A stretch of 64,000 bases of DNA from Thermoplasmata archaeon (GTDB taxonomy: Archaea > Thermoplasmatota > Thermoplasmata > Lutacidiplasmatales > UBA184), in the NCBI GenBank assembly GCA_052325545.1, contig JBKQUP010000037.1, positions 240,459 to 304,458 on the forward strand. Reading direction: 5' to 3'. The notes under the pieces were generated by a model. It did no database searches. It was given only the letters and a program-made list of their open reading frames with translations, and was not told the DNA's origin. Shown in pieces: positions 1-9,056 of the stretch. A program made the position numbers and the translations under genes. How positions within the stretch are numbered: the stretch's first letter is position 1; each line of letters starts with the position of its first letter.

Positions 1-83
1 CCCAGCACGGGCGTTTCCCCCCGTCGGGGTCCCCTCCCCGCTTCGGCGCGTCTGACCCTCGCGGGGTCGATCGAGGGGACCGA

Positions 84-902
84 CTAGAACCGCGCGATGC
101 TACCGGTAGAGAGCGCCCGCCGCTCGAACACCTTCCATAGACCGATCGCCGCCCCGAACGAGGCCACGGCCGCAATCCCGACGGCCCCCCAGAGGACCGC
201 GACGCTTCCCAGGGGCTCGCCGGCGACGGCCGCGCGGATGGCCGCAAGTCCCCACGTCAGCGGCAACACGTCTCCCGCCCACTGGAGGGGCACCGGCAGC
301 GAGGAGAGGGGGAAGTTCACTCCCGAGAGGAGGAGCCCGACGAAGAGGAAGATGTTCCCGAGGATGATCGACGTGCGGAGGTAGAGTGCGACGCCTCCGA
401 GGAGGAGGCCGAAGCCGACCATCGCGAACGCTGTCAGCACGATCGAGACGATGAGCGCCGGGAACACGGAGAGCGGGATCGAGACCCCATAGAGGAGCGC
501 CGCGTAGGTTAGACCGACCGCGACCGTGGCGAGGGAGATCAGGATCGGGATGAGACCGCGTCCGAAGTACAGCGCGAAACGGTTCGCGGGGGAGACGAGG
601 AGGTGCTCCATCGTCCCCTGCTGCTTCTCCGAATCGGTGGTCTGGCAGACGGAGAAGACGCTCGAGTACGTCACGGTCGCCACAGCATTCCCGACGGCCG
701 TGAACGCGATCTCGGAGGCGCCGCCACCACCGAGCTGGACGACGAACGCGAAGAAGACCATCTGGGTGAGCGGGACGATGAAAACCGTCCCGAGGACGAA
801 GTCCACGCGCATGAACCCGAGGCTGGTGCGCGGGGCCATGACCGCGTTCGTCCAGAATGTCCGCCAGAACGACGGTCGGTAGGTGAGCAGGGGAGTCGCC
901 AT
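84..902 (-). CDS. ABC-2 type transporter permease
   Basis: 272-aa strongly hydrophobic multi-pass ORF. It is the last gene of a minus-strand ATPase-permease-permease operon, a DrrB/ABC-2-like arrangement. Confidence 0.7.
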   Translation of the reverse strand: MATPLLTYRPSFWRTFWTNAVMAPRTSLGFMRVDFVLGTVFIVPLTQMVFFAFVVQLGGGGASEIAFTAVGNAVATVTYSSVFSVCQTTDSEKQQGTMEHLLVSPANRFALYFGRGLIPILISLATVAVGLTYAALLYGVSIPLSVFPALIVSIVLTAFAMVGFGLLLGGVALYLRTSIILGNIFLFVGLLLSGVNFPLSSLPVPLQWAGDVLPLTWGLAAIRAAVAGEPLGSVAVLWGAVGIAAVASFGAAIGLWKVFERRALSTGSIARF

Positions 903-920
903 GGAGATCGCACCGTCCGC

Positions 921-1727
921 TCAGTACTCGGACAGGTTCCCCTCCTCGAGGACATGCCGCTCGACACGGTGGAAGACGAGGCCCGCCACGGAAAGGTAGA
1001 CGAGCGTGGTGATGACGGCCCCCGCGAGGTCTCCCCAGAACCCCCACCCGAACCCTTGGTAGCCGGGGATCGACAGGTACCGGAGCGCGTCCAACCCCCA
1101 CGTCGGTGGGAAGGCGAGGGAGATCGGGTTCGTGACGAACGGGAGGAGGATGACCGGGAACATGCAGCCGGTCCCGATGTAGAAGGCGAACTCGCCGATG
1201 TTCTGGATGAACCCCGCGTAGCGGGTGTACACGTAGAAAGCGGCGAAGATCACCCCGACGCTCGCGAGCGTGATCATCACGAAGACGAACAGGAGCGCGA
1301 ATCCGACCGGGTTGGGCACGGTCGGTGGCCCTCCCGCGACAATCACGATCACCACGTAGACGATCGCCCCGCCGAACAGACCGGAGATCACGTTCCAAAG
1401 CACGCGGCCTACCACGACGTACAGGTACGGGGTCGGCGCCTGGATCGTCGGCTCGAGAGTACCGTACTCCCGGTCCATGCCGGTCGCCCACCCGCTCCCG
1501 TAGAGGGTCTGGCCCCACATGCTCATCATGCCGGCCCCGAGGATCGCGTACGTGAGGAAGTACGGCCCGGCGCCCCGGAACAGCTCGAAGGAAACGAGCG
1601 CGAAGACCACCGGGGCGATCATCGACGGGACGAGCCACTGGGGGTCGGCCAGGAACTGGAGGACGCTCAGCCGGAGCGAGGCATAGGTGGAGCGGGCCCG
1701 GGAGTATTGGGCTATGACCTCGGCCAT
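921..1727 (-). CDS. ABC-2 type transporter permease
   Basis: 268-aa multi-pass membrane ORF. Its start codon (1725-1727) directly abuts the stop of the upstream ABC ATPase gene (1728). Confidence 0.7.
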   Translation of the reverse strand: MAEVIAQYSRARSTYASLRLSVLQFLADPQWLVPSMIAPVVFALVSFELFRGAGPYFLTYAILGAGMMSMWGQTLYGSGWATGMDREYGTLEPTIQAPTPYLYVVVGRVLWNVISGLFGGAIVYVVIVIVAGGPPTVPNPVGFALLFVFVMITLASVGVIFAAFYVYTRYAGFIQNIGEFAFYIGTGCMFPVILLPFVTNPISLAFPPTWGLDALRYLSIPGYQGFGWGFWGDLAGAVITTLVYLSVAGLVFHRVERHVLEEGNLSEY

Positions 1728-2714
1728 CTATCGGGGCTCCTCCTCAACGAGGTCGAGGTAAACGTCCTCCATCGACGTGCGACGTTCGCGGACTGTCAGC
1801 TCCGGGTGGTTGGGCAGCGCCGCCCGGACCTGGTCGAGGCTGAGCTCGTTCGTCCTCATCCGCAACGTAATCCGGGAAACCGGTCCGAACTCCTCGGTGA
1901 GGAATCTCGAAACCCCCGGAAGATGGCGGAGTGACTCGAGCTCCCGGTCGTCGAACCCGTACGCTTCGACATCGACGGTCCGGTCGCCGCCGACCAGGTG
2001 ACGCAGGTTCGCTACCGTGTCCTGGGCCACGATGCGCCCTCTGGAGAGGACGGCGAGCTTGGGGCACAGCTCTTCGGCCTCGAACATGTAGTGGGTCGTG
2101 AGGAAGATCGTCACCCCGTCCGCGACGAGGGACCGGATCAACTTGCGGGTCTCGCGAGCGCTCTTTGGGTCGAGCCCGATCGTCGGCTCGTCGAGGAAGA
2201 GGATCTGGGGCCGATGGAGGATGCCCCGCGCGAGGTGGAGCTTCTGCTTCATGCCGCGCGAGTATTCTTCGACCCGACGGTCGGCCGCTTCCTGGAGGTC
2301 GACCCGGGAGAGTACCTCCTCGATCCTCCGCTCTCTGTCCGAATGAGGGATGCCGTAGAGGTCGGCAAAGTACCGCAGGTTCTCCCGGGCGCTGATCCGG
2401 GTGTACAGCCCCCGCTCTCCGCCGAGGACCAACCCCATGCGTGGACGAAGCCACTCCGCCTCGTGGACGACGTCGTGCCCGAGGACAAACGCCCGGCCCT
2501 GAGTGGGAAGGAGGAGCGTCGAGAGGATCTTCGTGAGGGTGGTCTTACCGGCGCCGTTCGGGCCTAGCAGGCCGAAGATGGCTCCCCGCTCGACGTTCAG
2601 GTCGATCCCCTTGAGGGCCTCGGTGTGCGTGACCTCCCGGAACAGGAAGCCCTTACGGGTGTCGAAGACCCGGGTGATCCCGTGGGTTTCGATGGCGAAC
2701 GAGTCGTTCGGCAT
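1728..2714 (-). CDS. ABC transporter ATP-binding protein (DrrA/CcmA-like)
   Basis: Walker A GPNGAGKTT, signature-like SRGMKQKL and Walker B ILFLDEPTIGLD. Confidence 0.9.
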   Translation of the reverse strand: MPNDSFAIETHGITRVFDTRKGFLFREVTHTEALKGIDLNVERGAIFGLLGPNGAGKTTLTKILSTLLLPTQGRAFVLGHDVVHEAEWLRPRMGLVLGGERGLYTRISARENLRYFADLYGIPHSDRERRIEEVLSRVDLQEAADRRVEEYSRGMKQKLHLARGILHRPQILFLDEPTIGLDPKSARETRKLIRSLVADGVTIFLTTHYMFEAEELCPKLAVLSRGRIVAQDTVANLRHLVGGDRTVDVEAYGFDDRELESLRHLPGVSRFLTEEFGPVSRITLRMRTNELSLDQVRAALPNHPELTVRERRTSMEDVYLDLVEEEPR

Positions 2715-2882
2715 GGTGTTGTGGAGGGGTCCCGCGCACGGCGGCGCCCATACTAATACTCAGCCGTTCGGGGCAACGGGTGCGGATCGGCCGGCAAGGG
2801 GGTTCTTCACATTCCGGTCGGCAGGACGAGCCGAGACCGCGGCCGCCGAAATTCGCTGTCGGGGCCGAACCCTCCCGGTACT

Positions 2883-3899
2883 CTACTCCAGCTCCCGGCC
2901 GGCTCTCTGTTGCTCCTCGGCCCTCTTGTCGTAGGGGTAGGTGACCTCCAGCTCGCTCGCCGCGCTCAGCGCCGCGACCTGGTCCGGGGTGAGCGACCAG
3001 CCGGTCGACCCCAGATTCTCCGAGAGTTGTTCGATGTTCCGGGCCCCGATGATCGGAGCGGTGACCGACGGACGGCTTAGGAGCCAGTTCAGGGCTACCT
3101 GGGACATGGTCTTGCCGGTTCCCTGGGCGACCGCCTCGACGGCCCGGACGATGCGGGTGGTCCGGTCGTTGTCGAATCGGCTGGTATAGAACTCGGGATC
3201 CTTGGAGTCAGCGATCCGGGTGCCGCTCGGGGCGTTCCGGATCCCGTTCTTGTACTTTCCGGAGAGGACGCCGCTCGCCAGCGGGCTCCAGGGAAGGACC
3301 GCGATGCTCTCCGCGAGGCACATCGGGATGAGCTCGAACTCGGTGGCCCGGGCGTACAGGCTGTACTGGGGCTGTAGGCTCACGGGCTCATGCCACCCCC
3401 GCGACCGGCACAGCTGCAAGGCCTTCTCGAACTGCCAGCCTCGGTAGTTGCTCACGCCCACGTACCGTACGGGTCCGTCCTCGACCAGAGTGTTCAGGGT
3501 ACCGAAGGTCTCCTCGAGAGGCGTCAACGGGTCCCAGGCGTGGACCTGCAGGAGGTCGACGTAATCGGTCTGCAGACGGCGAAGGCTCTCGTGGACCGCG
3601 TGGAGGAGATGTTTTCGGGATAGCCCTACGCTGTTCGCGCCATCGGCGGTTCGGAAGCGCGCCTTGGTCGCGACGACCACGTTTTGCCGGTCGTGATGGG
3701 AAAGCCACGTGCCGATGATCTCCTCGGACTTCCCCGACGAGTACACGTTCGAGGTGTCGAGGAAGTTGCCTCCCGCCTCGACATACCGGTCGAGCATGCG
3801 GTGACTGTTCTCCTCATCGACCTGCCAACCAAAGGTCATGGTGCCGAGGCAGAGCTCGCTCACCAGAGTACCGGTCCGTCCCAGCTTCTTGAGTTTCAT
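2883..3899 (-). CDS. aldo/keto reductase
   Basis: The N-terminal LGRTGTLVSELCLGTMTFG and GGNFLDTSNVYSSGKSEEIIG stretches are typical of the AKR family. Full length is 338 aa. Confidence 0.85.
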   Translation of the reverse strand: MKLKKLGRTGTLVSELCLGTMTFGWQVDEENSHRMLDRYVEAGGNFLDTSNVYSSGKSEEIIGTWLSHHDRQNVVVATKARFRTADGANSVGLSRKHLLHAVHESLRRLQTDYVDLLQVHAWDPLTPLEETFGTLNTLVEDGPVRYVGVSNYRGWQFEKALQLCRSRGWHEPVSLQPQYSLYARATEFELIPMCLAESIAVLPWSPLASGVLSGKYKNGIRNAPSGTRIADSKDPEFYTSRFDNDRTTRIVRAVEAVAQGTGKTMSQVALNWLLSRPSVTAPIIGARNIEQLSENLGSTGWSLTPDQVAALSAASELEVTYPYDKRAEEQQRAGRELE

Positions 3900-4109
3900 G
3901 AATCCCCGAACGTTCCTCGAATAATGACCCTTCCGACGCTCGTAACGACGTCGTCTCCCTCGACCGGCCGACGCCTTCGGAGGGGTCCCCGAAGTTCTCG
4001 AGGAGGGTCGGGGCCCGCCCTCCCTGACCGGTGGGGCCGGTTCGGTGGTCCCTCGGGGTGGACGGACTTATTCGGTGACCGATGCATACCGCTTCAGCGA
4101 CCCAGGGAT

Positions 4110-5069
4110 ATGGACAGCGTACACCAAGCCGCCGCGCAGAGCCATCCCAGCCTGCCCGCCCCGCGGACCCCGGTCGGTCTAGTGTTGAACATCATGCACT
4201 TCGCGCTCCACGACGGACCGGGCATTCGAACGACGGTGTTTCTCAAGGGCTGTCCCCTGCACTGCTGGTGGTGCCACAACCCCGAGAGCCAACGGCACGA
4301 GGCCGAAGTGATCTACTTTGAAGAGCGGTGTGTTCGCTCCGGCGACTGTGTACGCGCGTGTCCCCACGGCGCGCTTCATCTCGAGCAAGGGCAGCTTATC
4401 CATGACCCCCTTCGGTGCCAGCATTGCGCCGAATGTGTGAGCGCCTGCTCGACCTCGGCACGCGAGCTTGCCGGACGCTGGATGACGGTGCCGGACGTCA
4501 TGGCCGAGGTCTCGAAGGACCAGGTCTTCTTCGATGAGTCTGGTGGCGGCATCACCGTCTCGGGCGGAGAACCTCTGATGCAGGCCGGCTTCGTGGAATC
4601 CCTGCTCGCCGCCTGTCGGGCCCGGCGAATCCCCACCGTCCTTGACACCTGCGGCTGGGTGGACCCGAGCGTGCTGCTCCGGGTCCGCGAGAACGTCGAT
4701 CTGTTCTTCTATGACCTTAAGGTGATGGACCGCGAAAAGCACCACCACTTCACCGGCGTGCCGAACGATGTGATCCTGGAGAACCTGAGGATGCTGGCCG
4801 AACTCGGAAGCGCCGTGGTCGTCCGCGTCCCCGTTATCCCGGGAGTCAACGACGATACGGACAACATGGACGCGCTCTCCGGATTCCTGGCGCCCCTCGG
4901 CCTTCGACAGATCGACCTTCTCCCTTATCACCGGCTTGGAAGCGACAAATACCGCCGACTCCACTTGCCGTACGAAATGGAAGGAGTGGTCCCCCCGTCG
5001 GACGAGCAGATGGAAACCCTGGCGGCGCGCCTGCGACGGGACGGGTTCACCGTGCGGGTCGGGGGATGA
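4110..5069 (+). CDS. glycyl-radical enzyme activating enzyme (radical SAM)
   Basis: HDGPGIRTTVFLKGCPLHCWWCHNPE carries the CxxxCxxC radical-SAM motif. Auxiliary Cys clusters (CVRSGDCVRACP, CQHCAECVSAC) are typical of GRE activases. The start is set at in-frame ATG 4110 inside the 3684 ORF; 4182 and 4194 are alternatives. Confidence 0.85.
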   Translation: MDSVHQAAAQSHPSLPAPRTPVGLVLNIMHFALHDGPGIRTTVFLKGCPLHCWWCHNPESQRHEAEVIYFEERCVRSGDCVRACPHGALHLEQGQLIHDPLRCQHCAECVSACSTSARELAGRWMTVPDVMAEVSKDQVFFDESGGGITVSGGEPLMQAGFVESLLAACRARRIPTVLDTCGWVDPSVLLRVRENVDLFFYDLKVMDREKHHHFTGVPNDVILENLRMLAELGSAVVVRVPVIPGVNDDTDNMDALSGFLAPLGLRQIDLLPYHRLGSDKYRRLHLPYEMEGVVPPSDEQMETLAARLRRDGFTVRVGG

Positions 5070-5070
5070 C

Positions 5071-7458
5071 GTGAACGAACGCGTGACCCGACTGAGGCAG
5101 GCGACCCTCGAGGCGAGACCGCGACTCTCCATCGACCGTGCGGCGCTCATCACTGAGTTCTACCGTCAGGACAAGACCGCCTCCGTTCCCATCCGCCGGG
5201 CCCTCGCCCTCCAGTACCTGTTGGAGAACGAGAAGATCCACATCGGTCGGGTCGAACTGATCGTGGGCGAGCGTGGTCCCGAGCCCAAGGCGGCCCCCAC
5301 GTTCCCGGAGCTGTGCTGCCATAGCCTCAACGACTTCGAGGTCCTGAATTCGCGGGAGAAGATCCCCTACCTCGTGGATGACCGCGCCCGGCAGGTCCAG
5401 AATGAGGAGGTCATCCCCTACTGGCAGGGGCGCTCGATGCGCGACCTGATCTTCGCGGAGATGACCCCGGAATGGAAGGACGCGTACGAGGCAGGAATCT
5501 TCACCGAGTTCATGGAACAACGCGCCCCCGGGCACACGGTCCTGGGGGACGTCATCTACCGCAAGGGGCTTTTGGACCTGAAGACCGACGTGGCCAGCGC
5601 CTTGTCCCACTTGGACTGTTTCAACGACCCCGGGGCGTCCGCGAAACGGGATGAACTGCGGGCCATGGCGATCGCCGCCGACGCGGTGATCCGGTTCGCC
5701 GAACGCCACGCCGAGAAGGCGGAGGAACTCGCCCGGACGGAAACCGACCCCGGCCGTCGGGCGGAACTACACAAGATCGCCGAGGTGTGCCGCCACGTCC
5801 CGGCCCACGCTCCGAGGGATTTCTGGGAAGCGGTACAGGCCTACTGGTTCGTTCACCTCGGGGTGGTGACGGAGCTGAACACCTGGGATTCGTTCTGCCC
5901 GGGGCGCTTCGACCAGCATCTCGACCCCTTCTACCGGAAGGGCGTGCAAGAAGGCACGTTGACCCGGGACCAGGCCAAGGAGCTTCTCGAATGCTTGTGG
6001 GTCAAGTTCAACAACCAGCCGGCTCCCCCGAAGGTCGGCGTGACCAACGCGGAGAGCGGCACGTACACCGATTTCGCCAACATCAACAGCGGCGGGCTGA
6101 AGCGGGACGGGTCGGACGCCGTGAACGACGTCACCTACCTGGTCCTGGACGTGATCGACGAGATGCACCTGCTGCAGCCTTCCTCGAATCTCCAACTGAG
6201 CAAGAAGAACCCGGACGCGTTCCTGAAGCGCGGCCTGGAGATCGTGCGCCAAGGCTGGGGGCAGCCGTCGGTCTTCAACGCCGACATGGTCGTCGAGGAG
6301 ATGCTGCGCCAGGGAAAGGCCGTGGAGGACGCGCGGTGCGGCGGCACTTCCGGATGCGTCGAGACCGGCGCGTTCGGGAAGGAGGCCTACATCCTGACGG
6401 GTTACTTCAACCTCCCCAAGGTGCTGGAGGTCACCCTCAATAACGGCGTGGACCCGCGCACCGGTAAGAAGGTCGGTATCGAGACTGGGGACCCGCGTGC
6501 GTTCTCGTCCTACGACGAGCTGTTCGCGGCGTTCCGTCGGCAGCTCCACTACCTCATCGACGTCAAGGTGCGGGGCAACCAGGCCATCGAACGGTTGTAC
6601 GCGATGTACATGCCGGCCCCGTTCCTCTCCCTCCTCGTCGACGACTGCATCGCCCAGGGAAAGGACTACAACGACGGTGGCCCGCGCTACAACACCACCT
6701 ACATCATGGGAGTGGCGCCGGCGACCTGCACCGACAGCCTCTCCGCGATCAAATACCACGTCTTCGACCGCAAGACCGTGACGGTCGAGGAGCTGCTCGC
6801 TGCGTTGGCCAGCAACTTCGAGGGTCACGAGAAGCTGCGCTTGCGGTTGTGGAACAAGACGCCGAAGTTCGGCAATGACGATGACTACGCGGATGCCCTC
6901 CTCGTGGAAGTGTTCAACGCCTTCTTCGATGAGGTCGACGGGCGGAAGAACACGAAAGGGGGACAGTACCGAGTGAACTATCTCTCGACGACCTGCCATG
7001 TCTACTTCGGCTCGGTGACCGGCGCCACCGCGGACGGGCGCCGCGCCGGGGAGCCTCTGTCGGACGGCATCTCACCTGTTCAGGGCGCGGACCGCAACGG
7101 ACCCACCGCCGTCGTCAAGTCCGCGGCCAAGATGGACCACGCCCGTACCGGCGGAACCTTGCTCAACCAGAAGTTCACGCCCCAGTTGCTGAAAGGGGAG
7201 GAGGGACTCGGCAAAGTGGCGGGACTGGTCCGCTCCTACTTCCGTCTCGGGGGACATCACATCCAGTTCAACGTCGTCACTGCGGCCACCCTGCGGGCCG
7301 CGCAGGCCGAACCCGAGAAGTACCGCGACCTGATCGTACGGGTCGCCGGGTACAGCGATTACTTCTGTGACCTGACCCGCGCCCTGCAGGACGACATCAT
7401 CGCGCGGACCGAGCACGGAGCCTTCGAGCTCGCCCCGACGGAGACGACCGCGGTTTGA
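5071..7458 (+). CDS. glycyl radical enzyme, PFL2/glycerol-dehydratase-like family (substrate unknown)
   Basis: C-terminal glycyl-radical fingerprint IVRVAGYSDYF, thiyl loop GGTSGCVETG and ATADGRRAGEPLSDGISP. The GTG start at 5071 lies 1 nt after the activase stop, giving about 796 aa. Confidence 0.9.
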   Translation: MNERVTRLRQATLEARPRLSIDRAALITEFYRQDKTASVPIRRALALQYLLENEKIHIGRVELIVGERGPEPKAAPTFPELCCHSLNDFEVLNSREKIPYLVDDRARQVQNEEVIPYWQGRSMRDLIFAEMTPEWKDAYEAGIFTEFMEQRAPGHTVLGDVIYRKGLLDLKTDVASALSHLDCFNDPGASAKRDELRAMAIAADAVIRFAERHAEKAEELARTETDPGRRAELHKIAEVCRHVPAHAPRDFWEAVQAYWFVHLGVVTELNTWDSFCPGRFDQHLDPFYRKGVQEGTLTRDQAKELLECLWVKFNNQPAPPKVGVTNAESGTYTDFANINSGGLKRDGSDAVNDVTYLVLDVIDEMHLLQPSSNLQLSKKNPDAFLKRGLEIVRQGWGQPSVFNADMVVEEMLRQGKAVEDARCGGTSGCVETGAFGKEAYILTGYFNLPKVLEVTLNNGVDPRTGKKVGIETGDPRAFSSYDELFAAFRRQLHYLIDVKVRGNQAIERLYAMYMPAPFLSLLVDDCIAQGKDYNDGGPRYNTTYIMGVAPATCTDSLSAIKYHVFDRKTVTVEELLAALASNFEGHEKLRLRLWNKTPKFGNDDDYADALLVEVFNAFFDEVDGRKNTKGGQYRVNYLSTTCHVYFGSVTGATADGRRAGEPLSDGISPVQGADRNGPTAVVKSAAKMDHARTGGTLLNQKFTPQLLKGEEGLGKVAGLVRSYFRLGGHHIQFNVVTAATLRAAQAEPEKYRDLIVRVAGYSDYFCDLTRALQDDIIARTEHGAFELAPTETTAV

Positions 7459-7495
7459 AAGGACTCGCGTCCGCAGCATTCGAGACCAGGGGGAG

Positions 7496-8935
7496 TTGAT
7501 GCCGGACCGTCCCCCCGGGCCCCCACCCGCCGCGTCCGCGCCACGGACGCGGCCCTCACTCTCGGATGCGCCCCTCCGTCGCCTTGGGAAGGTCGAGCTG
7601 CTGGGGGCGGGAGCGGCGTTTGTCGCTCCGGCGTTCAGCCTCGCGGCGATCTTTACGCTCCTGGCCCTGAAGGGAGGGCGCTACGCCTGGGTCGGCGTCG
7701 TGCTCGGCTTGCTCGCGGTCCTTCTGACCGGGGTGTGCTTCGCCCGAATGACCGCTCGCCATCCGAAAGCGGGGGGCGCGTACGCGCTGGTCGGCGCCGA
7801 GCTCTCCCTCCCCGTGGGGTTCATCGCCGGGTGGGCACTCTGCCTCCTGTACCTGCTCGGACCCGCGATCCCACTGCTTCTCTTCGTCACGCTCCTCGAG
7901 GTGTTCCTGCCTCAGACCGCCGGGGCCCTGATCCCCATCGCCGCAGTGGTGGCGGTCGGGGTGTTCGGGCTGAACGCGCTGGGACTGCGTCCCTCGAGCC
8001 GGGTCGCCCTCGCCGTCTTCGTGGCCGAAGCAGCGATCCTTCTCGGAGTGGCCGCCGCACTGTTCCTGCAGCCCGCCGCCGCGCTTCCCGCGCCGCCGGC
8101 GACCCCTCTCGATACGTTGATCGCCCTCGGCGGGAGCGGCGGGGCGGCCGTGTTTCTGTTCCTAGGGTTCGAGTCGGTCTCCGCCTACGCGGAGGAGGCT
8201 CGGCTCCCGGCTCGGGATATCGCATGGGGGACCGGGGCGACGATCCTCGCCACGGGCGTTGTCTACGTCGTCTCCGCGCTCGCCTACCTGCATGCGATCC
8301 CGGCCTCTCAGTGGGGGTCGACGGGCGCATCGCTCCCCACGGCCGTGGGGAGCGTGCTGGGCACCAATGGCGGGAGACTCGTCACGGCGGTGATCATCGT
8401 CAGCTCCCTCGGCGCCATGATCTGCGTGGAGAACGCGTGCGCCCGGGTGCTGTTCGCCATGGGCCGAGACCGCGTTCTCCCCTACCCCTTGGCCCGTCTG
8501 TTCGGCCGTGAGAAGGCACCGTGGCCCGCGCTCGCCGTATCCGCGGTGGCGGCCTTCGGCCTCGTCTGGTGGTCCACCGTGTCCATGGGGGTCCTGTCTG
8601 CCCCGCCCGCGTTCCTGCTGGTCCTGCTCCCGGAACTGCTGGTATTCGGGGCCCTCGTGGCGTACGCGCTCCTGAGCCTCGCCTACCTCGTGGCTCTCGT
8701 GCGGGAGGGGGTCGCGCGGTCCGCCCCATGGCGTCTCGCGGTCCCATTGGCCTCGCTCGGCGTTACCGGCACCCTCCTCGTGCTGCAGGTCCTCCCGGGC
8801 ACGCCGGGGTGGAACGACGTACTCGTCTGGGGAACCGCGTGGCTTCTGGTGGGATTCGGAGTCTGGGGAGCGACCTGGTTCTCCTCACGAACGAACCCGA
8901 CGCGGTCCGCGGGCGAGCCGAGCGGCGAAAGTTAG
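7496..8935 (+). CDS. APC-family amino acid/polyamine/organocation permease
   Basis: About 12 hydrophobic segments and a GGAYALVGAELSLPVGFIAGW N-terminal signature. Same strand, 38 nt after the GRE. Start is TTG 7496 or ATG 7499. Confidence 0.75.
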   Translation: MMPDRPPGPPPAASAPRTRPSLSDAPLRRLGKVELLGAGAAFVAPAFSLAAIFTLLALKGGRYAWVGVVLGLLAVLLTGVCFARMTARHPKAGGAYALVGAELSLPVGFIAGWALCLLYLLGPAIPLLLFVTLLEVFLPQTAGALIPIAAVVAVGVFGLNALGLRPSSRVALAVFVAEAAILLGVAAALFLQPAAALPAPPATPLDTLIALGGSGGAAVFLFLGFESVSAYAEEARLPARDIAWGTGATILATGVVYVVSALAYLHAIPASQWGSTGASLPTAVGSVLGTNGGRLVTAVIIVSSLGAMICVENACARVLFAMGRDRVLPYPLARLFGREKAPWPALAVSAVAAFGLVWWSTVSMGVLSAPPAFLLVLLPELLVFGALVAYALLSLAYLVALVREGVARSAPWRLAVPLASLGVTGTLLVLQVLPGTPGWNDVLVWGTAWLLVGFGVWGATWFSSRTNPTRSAGEPSGES

Positions 8936-9056
8936 CGCGGCGTCGCAGGCCACGTCGCCAAGCGCCTTCGTCGCACCGGGTCCGGAACGCCCCGACGAAT
9001 GGGACGTTCGGCCGTGGTTGATTTATTCGGGAGGGCAGTGCCCCGCCGATTCTGGA

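Noticed and set aside
100-1934. Long ORFs 100..1638(-) 512 aa and 603..1934(+) 443 aa, overlapping the ABC-2 permease genes
   Set aside because: They are extremely Arg/Pro/Gly/Asp/Glu-rich, low-complexity translations in alternative or antisense frames of clearly recognisable membrane-protein genes. Such ORFs are the expected stop-codon-poor artefacts of high G+C DNA.
3684-4109. Upstream extension of the GRE-activase ORF (and likewise 4936-5070 for the GRE ORF)
   Set aside because: The extensions overlap the divergent AKR gene or the activase gene and have no homology-like pattern. Family-typical N-termini begin at 4110 and 5071.
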